Source: an uncultured Lachnospiraceae bacterium (GTDB taxonomy: Bacteria; Bacillota; Clostridia; Lachnospirales; Lachnospiraceae). From it: DNA of 64,000 nt. The translations under genes were made by a program, and so were the position numbers. Shown piece by piece: positions 59,457 through 64,000 of this stretch (the first letter of the stretch is position 1; each line of letters opens with the position of its first letter). Location: assembly GCA_947175175.1 (NCBI GenBank), contig CAMWLV010000001.1:2358-66357 (forward strand), given 5' to 3'. The notes below the pieces were generated by a model, which was not told the origin of the DNA, searched no databases, and saw only the letters and a list, made by a program, of their open reading frames with translations.

Positions 59457-61262
59457 TCAAGTCTCCCCACAAACATATTGGATTTGATTTCTTATGCAGT
59501 ACTTTTCGGCATAGCTTTTCGGCACCGCCGTCACTGTCAGACTGGCATCACCGTTGAAAACATTGACTGGTGTCTTCCCTTTGCGCGTATCATTTTTGAT
59601 CGTCCGAACCGACTGGGGCAGCACTACTGATCTCAGATTTGTACAGTTTACAAAAGCCTGCTGCCTGATTTCTACTACGCCCTCTGATATCACTACCGTT
59701 TCCAGTGCAGTGCATCCATAAAATGTCCCCCTGCGGATTATCTCGACGGTTCCGGGAATCGTCACACTCTTCAGGGCTTGACAGCTTCTAAATGTATCGT
59801 TGCCCAGCTCGGTGATGCCCTCGGGCAGATGAATGGCACTTAAACAACGACAGCCCCCAAACGCAGCCTCTCCGATCTTTGTAATGCCTTCTGGCAGTTC
59901 AATGGTGCTTACATGATCGCAGCCCAGAAACGCTTTCGCGCCAATCGCAGTTACACTGTCTGGAATATTGATCTGCTCCAATGCCCGGCAGTCAAAAAAT
60001 GCACACTCGCCAATCTCACAAATCGTTTTGGGCAGCGTTATCCGTTTGATCGATCTGCGCAGCTCAAGCTGCTCTCTTTTCAGGCGCAGCGCGTTCGGCG
60101 AAAATGCCCAGCTGCCGATTGCCGAAACGATACGATTGCCGATTTTTTCGGGAACCTCGACCTCAATCTGTTTCCCCTTGTAGCGCGTAATCACGAGCGT
60201 ATCATCCTCGCGCTTCTCATAACCCCAGATCTTCTTTAATTCGGAGACAGAATTGGGGTCCGCGTTCAGTTCCCGCATCATTTTCTTTTCTGCCTTTTCG
60301 CGCTCTGCGGCAAAGTCAGCCGTGCGGTTTTTATATTCCAGCAGCCATGCGGAACATTCCGTCGCGTCGTTTTCAGAAGCGTATTGAATCATCTCGTCGC
60401 GCTTTCGCGGCATTTGAAGCCAGCCGTTCTCCACGCAGATTTCCAGGCACGCCACGCTGTTTTGACGGATTGCGCCTTTCATGAGTTTTGCTTTATTCAT
60501 TTTTTTCTGATTGAAGTTATTGAGGATAAAACGGAAAAATTCAGGCTTGTACAACCGAAACTTTTTCTGGTAGGGGTTATAGTTCGCCCAATAAACGGAG
60601 TCAGTATAGTGAAGCGTTTTGCCGCCGAGTTCCCCGACAATGCTGCCAACCACCTCGAGATATTCCGCATCGCCCAGAGTGTCTGACATATTACAGAACT
60701 CTCCCCACTCAAAGCTGCGCCCGTCTTCCGTGAGCGCTGTGATCCGTTTCTCTGAAAATTTTACGCCGGACTTTTTGAGAACCGCGGTGATAAGTTTGTT
60801 GCCGCTCATAATCGCATAATAGAGCAGCTCCCCCGCGTCAAAGCAGACCTTTTCGCAGTTTTCAGACAGATATTTTGCAATTACGACACGCCGAACCAGC
60901 GGCAATACACTGAGTTTCTGACTCCCGACTGTCACTTCGTCTTGGAAACATTCATCTCTTCGATCCAGAAAATATGCTGCATACAGTACACTGTTTATCT
61001 GCAATGGTGACAGCCAATAATTTATTGTGTAATATCCGCCCTCACCTTCAGGACGCTTGTAAGTAAAATTGGCTCCGCCCTCGACAAGTGCCTTAACATG
61101 TTCCAATCCCCGGAAACGACAGGCAAGCCCCAGCGCCCGCGCGGAATTTTCTACCTGTCCGAGCTGCCTGCACAATATTAGAATCTCCTCTGGAGATTTG
61201 GTGAGTACGGCATGCTCCAACACAGCCCTTTTATCCTTTTGTGAAATGTTTTCGTAGTCCAT
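59457..61262 (-). CDS. Ankyrin-like plus BspA-type LRR protein, paralogue A
   Basis: Same architecture and the same start MDYENISQKDK; AAGGAG RBS. Confidence 0.8.
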   Translation of the reverse strand: MDYENISQKDKRAVLEHAVLTKSPEEILILCRQLGQVENSARALGLACRFRGLEHVKALVEGGANFTYKRPEGEGGYYTINYWLSPLQINSVLYAAYFLDRRDECFQDEVTVGSQKLSVLPLVRRVVIAKYLSENCEKVCFDAGELLYYAIMSGNKLITAVLKKSGVKFSEKRITALTEDGRSFEWGEFCNMSDTLGDAEYLEVVGSIVGELGGKTLHYTDSVYWANYNPYQKKFRLYKPEFFRFILNNFNQKKMNKAKLMKGAIRQNSVACLEICVENGWLQMPRKRDEMIQYASENDATECSAWLLEYKNRTADFAAEREKAEKKMMRELNADPNSVSELKKIWGYEKREDDTLVITRYKGKQIEVEVPEKIGNRIVSAIGSWAFSPNALRLKREQLELRRSIKRITLPKTICEIGECAFFDCRALEQINIPDSVTAIGAKAFLGCDHVSTIELPEGITKIGEAAFGGCRCLSAIHLPEGITELGNDTFRSCQALKSVTIPGTVEIIRRGTFYGCTALETVVISEGVVEIRQQAFVNCTNLRSVVLPQSVRTIKNDTRKGKTPVNVFNGDASLTVTAVPKSYAEKYCIRNQIQYVCGET

Positions 61263-61294
61263 AAGTACTCCTTTCCTGTTCCTATTGTATTTAT

Positions 61295-61356
61295 ACCCCC
61301 CTGCGTGCTCCGGCACGCGTACCAATCAATAGTTTGAAAGTGACCTTCTTTCAAAC
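61295..61356 (-). repeat. Dispersed two-hairpin intergenic element, copy 4
   Basis: Minus strand GTTTGAAAGAAGGTCACTTTCAAACTATTGATTGGTACGCGTGCCGGAGCACGCAGGGGGGT; its TGA is the stop codon of the WYL gene. Confidence 0.92.
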
Positions 61357-62262
61357 CTGATAACGCTCCGCCATATCCCGGATACGCCTCCTGATCTCCT
61401 GTCTGATCTCATTCGGCGCAATCACCTCCGCTGAGGGACCAAATCCCAGAATCACGCCATACACCCAGTCGTCCACGCTGGCGTGCATATGTACCATAAA
61501 ATTTCCGTCTGGTAAAACTTCAATCTCGTCCTCCTCAAACCGGTCATAAATCCTGTATGCCTCCTTTTGATCGATCCAGATGTCAATTGGTACCGATCCA
61601 TTGTCTGACAACTGTTCCTCCTTGGAATGGTTCTCTTCCTCCTGATCCCAGCGCTCCCTGGGAACAAATGTTTTGTCCAGTATCTCCAGCCGTTTTATGC
61701 GGAAAAGTTTGAATACACGCCAATCACTTTTCTCCCTGCAAAACGCCTTTAGATACCATGTGTATTCCTTGAAAAGCAGCTGCATCGGCTCAACAGTGCG
61801 CGAACTCATCTGAGCATGCTGCCCATAATAATCAAACCGAATCAGTTTCCGTTCTAATATCGCATTTTTGATGTCCTCGTAGAGCTGCTTTCTCCTCCCG
61901 CTCCAGTCGGACAAATCAATCGCGAGCCAGTCAACTGGGTCTGTCTTGAAAAATTCTCCAAGTTTTTGCAGAATATTTTCCTCTCCATCCGCCCTGGTCT
62001 CCCGAAGCGATATCAGTCCTGATAAAATCTCCTGCTGTTCTTCCTGGGTAAGCAGCATTTTATTCAGCACAAACTGTTCTGTCAGGCTGATTCCTCCGTT
62101 TTTTCCCTTTTTTGCATAAATCGGTATCCCCGCAGCGCTCAGCGTGTCCATATCACGGTAGATTGTTCTCACCGAAACTTCAAAGCGCTCCGCCAGCTCT
62201 GCAGCGGTCACGGTCTCCTGCTTCATCAGTATATATATCATTCCTAATAGACGATTAATCAT
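61351..62262 (-). CDS. YafY-like HTH-WYL-WCX transcriptional regulator
   Basis: VTAAELAERFEVSVRTIYRDM; RTVEPMQL...WYLKAFC...RVFKLFRI; GFGPSAEVIAP. Confidence 0.92.
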   Translation of the reverse strand: MINRLLGMIYILMKQETVTAAELAERFEVSVRTIYRDMDTLSAAGIPIYAKKGKNGGISLTEQFVLNKMLLTQEEQQEILSGLISLRETRADGEENILQKLGEFFKTDPVDWLAIDLSDWSGRRKQLYEDIKNAILERKLIRFDYYGQHAQMSSRTVEPMQLLFKEYTWYLKAFCREKSDWRVFKLFRIKRLEILDKTFVPRERWDQEEENHSKEEQLSDNGSVPIDIWIDQKEAYRIYDRFEEDEIEVLPDGNFMVHMHASVDDWVYGVILGFGPSAEVIAPNEIRQEIRRRIRDMAERYQV

Positions 62263-62290
62263 ACACTCCTATCCCGTTTTCACACACGAA

Positions 62291-63013
62291 TCATTTCCGC
62301 TCAAACAATGCGCTGACCTCCATCTTGTCCACAATTCCCTGTGCACTCACGCCCGGGTGTGTCACATAGATCCGGCAGACCTGTTCCACAAATTCGCTAT
62401 CGGCACCTAATTTTTTTGCAATCTGCTCCACTTTGCGCCCTGCGCACATTTCCCTGACAATCGTTTCCACAGTGGATTTCAGATTGCCCTCATTGATTCC
62501 CTGAAGAAGTCGATCATCCTTGTTTTCCCCACTCTCCGTCAAATCAATTTTCTGAATCCGCCAGGCTCCTGTTCTCTCCTCGATCTCTAAGACAGCCATT
62601 GTCACAGGCTGCCGGAAACGTCTCGGACCACAGCTGCCTGGATTTAAGAACATCACACCATCCACTGTCTTTTCCTCGTATTTATGGGAATGACCGTAGA
62701 TAAACAGATCTGTTTCACTGAAATCCTTCTTCCTGTGCTTTTTGTTGTGCACCATATATATCCGCAGTCCGAACAATGTGATATCAAGCTCGTTGTCAAG
62801 ATCTGCCGCCCACTCCTTGTCGTTATTGCCCCGCACTACATATACTGACGCAATCTCCCTTAATTTGTCCAAAATCCTCTGACTATTGATATCCCCTCCA
62901 TGCAAAATCAACTCACAGGTCGCCAAGACCTCCTTGATCTCAGGACGAAGCAGCCCATGTGTGTCTGAAAGAACAGCAATTCTATGTGTTGTGCAATCAT
63001 CTCTCTCCTCCAT
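62291..63013 (-). CDS. YfcE-like metallophosphoesterase with C-terminal extension
   Basis: SDTHG, HGGD, VRGNND, GHSH, NPGS. Confidence 0.88.
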   Translation of the reverse strand: MEERDDCTTHRIAVLSDTHGLLRPEIKEVLATCELILHGGDINSQRILDKLREIASVYVVRGNNDKEWAADLDNELDITLFGLRIYMVHNKKHRKKDFSETDLFIYGHSHKYEEKTVDGVMFLNPGSCGPRRFRQPVTMAVLEIEERTGAWRIQKIDLTESGENKDDRLLQGINEGNLKSTVETIVREMCAGRKVEQIAKKLGADSEFVEQVCRIYVTHPGVSAQGIVDKMEVSALFERK

Positions 63014-63153
63014 AATTCCCCTCCATGCAAAGATAAATCTTTCATAGCATCATTATTGCCTTTCACAAGCCCTATCATTGTCATTTTGCTGACAATCTCT
63101 TTATACAACAGATTATTATACCATAGAAATATCATAATGACCATGGGTATACG

Positions 63154-63199
63154 AAAAAGGTGCAAAGCCTTGTTAATCTAATAAGACCTTACACCTTTT
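63154..63199. terminator. Probable terminator hairpin
   Basis: AAAAAGGTGCAAAG...CCTTACACCTTTT imperfect inverted repeat. Confidence 0.45.
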
Positions 63200-63460
63200 A
63201 TTTGTTATTGGTTAAATAGCCTGCATTCCTTTATCAAGGAGAACTATAATCATTATCGTGGAATTGCAGCGAAGTATGTCAACTGCTATAATGTTATGTT
63301 TTCTATTGCTTTCCGATGTGCAGACAATCTGAAAGATATGTTATTATCATCCTTGTGTATAGTTGCTCAGAATTATTACTGGTATCGTGTAAATGATGCT
63401 TTAAAATAACTCCGACACATTTATTGACTATCGTTTGAGTTGGATATTTTCGCTTTCCCG

Positions 63461-64000
63461 TTACGCAGCCTGCGTGTTATAATAACTTTCCAACAAAAAA
63501 AAGAACATCGAATAACTGTAAATATCAAAGTGCTCTATACCTATTTTCTCAGTATTGATCTGTGACAGATTAAATACAATACAATCATAACAATCCAAAG
63601 TACTTGTCTTCACAGGCGGTAACTTGGGAAACTCCCTGATAATCCGCTCAGCCTTATTCCTGTCCTCAACACATTCCGATATCATAAAAAAGGACAAAAA
63701 CCTACATCCGGCCTCAAAGGCTACTATTTCATTCACGTAAAAAAAATATGCCTCAACCCGCTCTCTCGTCTCCAGAATCCTATTGATCATCGAATTCCTG
63801 TCAAAAACGGATACCTTCAAAAAAGCCGCGCAGATACAGGCTGCAACCTTGTGCCTGTCCAAAACCTTATCCGCGCTTTTATCCCCGAATATCTTATCTT
63901 TTAAATCTGCCCGTAGCACATTGTATTCATTATAAATTTCTTTCTTACAGGTCTCAATATTCTTTTTCCTGATCAATCCGTTATTTTGCTGAATTTCATC
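63461..64000 (-). CDS. Hypothetical protein, probably starting beyond the window
   Basis: ORF of at least 171 aa in an AT-rich segment; frame appears open to the window edge; no family recognised. Confidence 0.55.
   Translation of the reverse strand, partial: DEIQQNNGLIRKKNIETCKKEIYNEYNVLRADLKDKIFGDKSADKVLDRHKVAACICAAFLKVSVFDRNSMINRILETRERVEAYFFYVNEIVAFEAGCRFLSFFMISECVEDRNKAERIIREFPKLPPVKTSTLDCYDCIVFNLSQINTEKIGIEHFDIYSYSMFFFLLESYYNTQAA

Noticed and set aside
57504-61262. Diversity-generating retroelement TR/VR pair
   Set aside because: Both copies are full genes, differences are not adenine-specific, and no reverse transcriptase is in the window.
63077-63096. ATTGTCA-N6-TGACAAT palindrome upstream of the phosphoesterase-WYL genes as a second WYL site
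   Set aside because: Half-sites are inverted relative to the 57456 motif and lie downstream of the -10; may be just a leader hairpin.

Overview
Chromosomal window from a Clostridia-type gut anaerobe, most likely Lachnospiraceae (inferred from gene content and order). Almost all genes lie on the minus strand. Housekeeping genes are tex (partial), prfB with its programmed +1 frameshift, secA, the comEA-RR-HK-GerMN-comEC-holA block and an M18 aminopeptidase. Accessory content includes a galactan/galactose locus (GH53, galT, LacI, AraC, GH2, an uncharacterised enzyme plus a zinc-ribbon partner), a GH88-MFS-AraC cassette, a two-gene [FeFe]-hydrogenase with a GltD-like partner, an XRE-PurM-like fusion regulator leading an ABC exporter pair, and a WYL-regulator cluster with two ankyrin-like/LRR paralogues. 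The most unusual signals are non-coding. (1) A ~58-bp two-hairpin element occurs four times, always at a stop-to-start junction and always beginning with a TTG placed for initiation. (2) A fully palindromic MITE-like insertion of 162 bp (including a CTAG/TA duplication) interrupts a nucleotide-sugar epimerase gene. No rRNA, tRNA, CRISPR array or transposase was seen. All family calls come from motif recognition by eye; no database searches were run.
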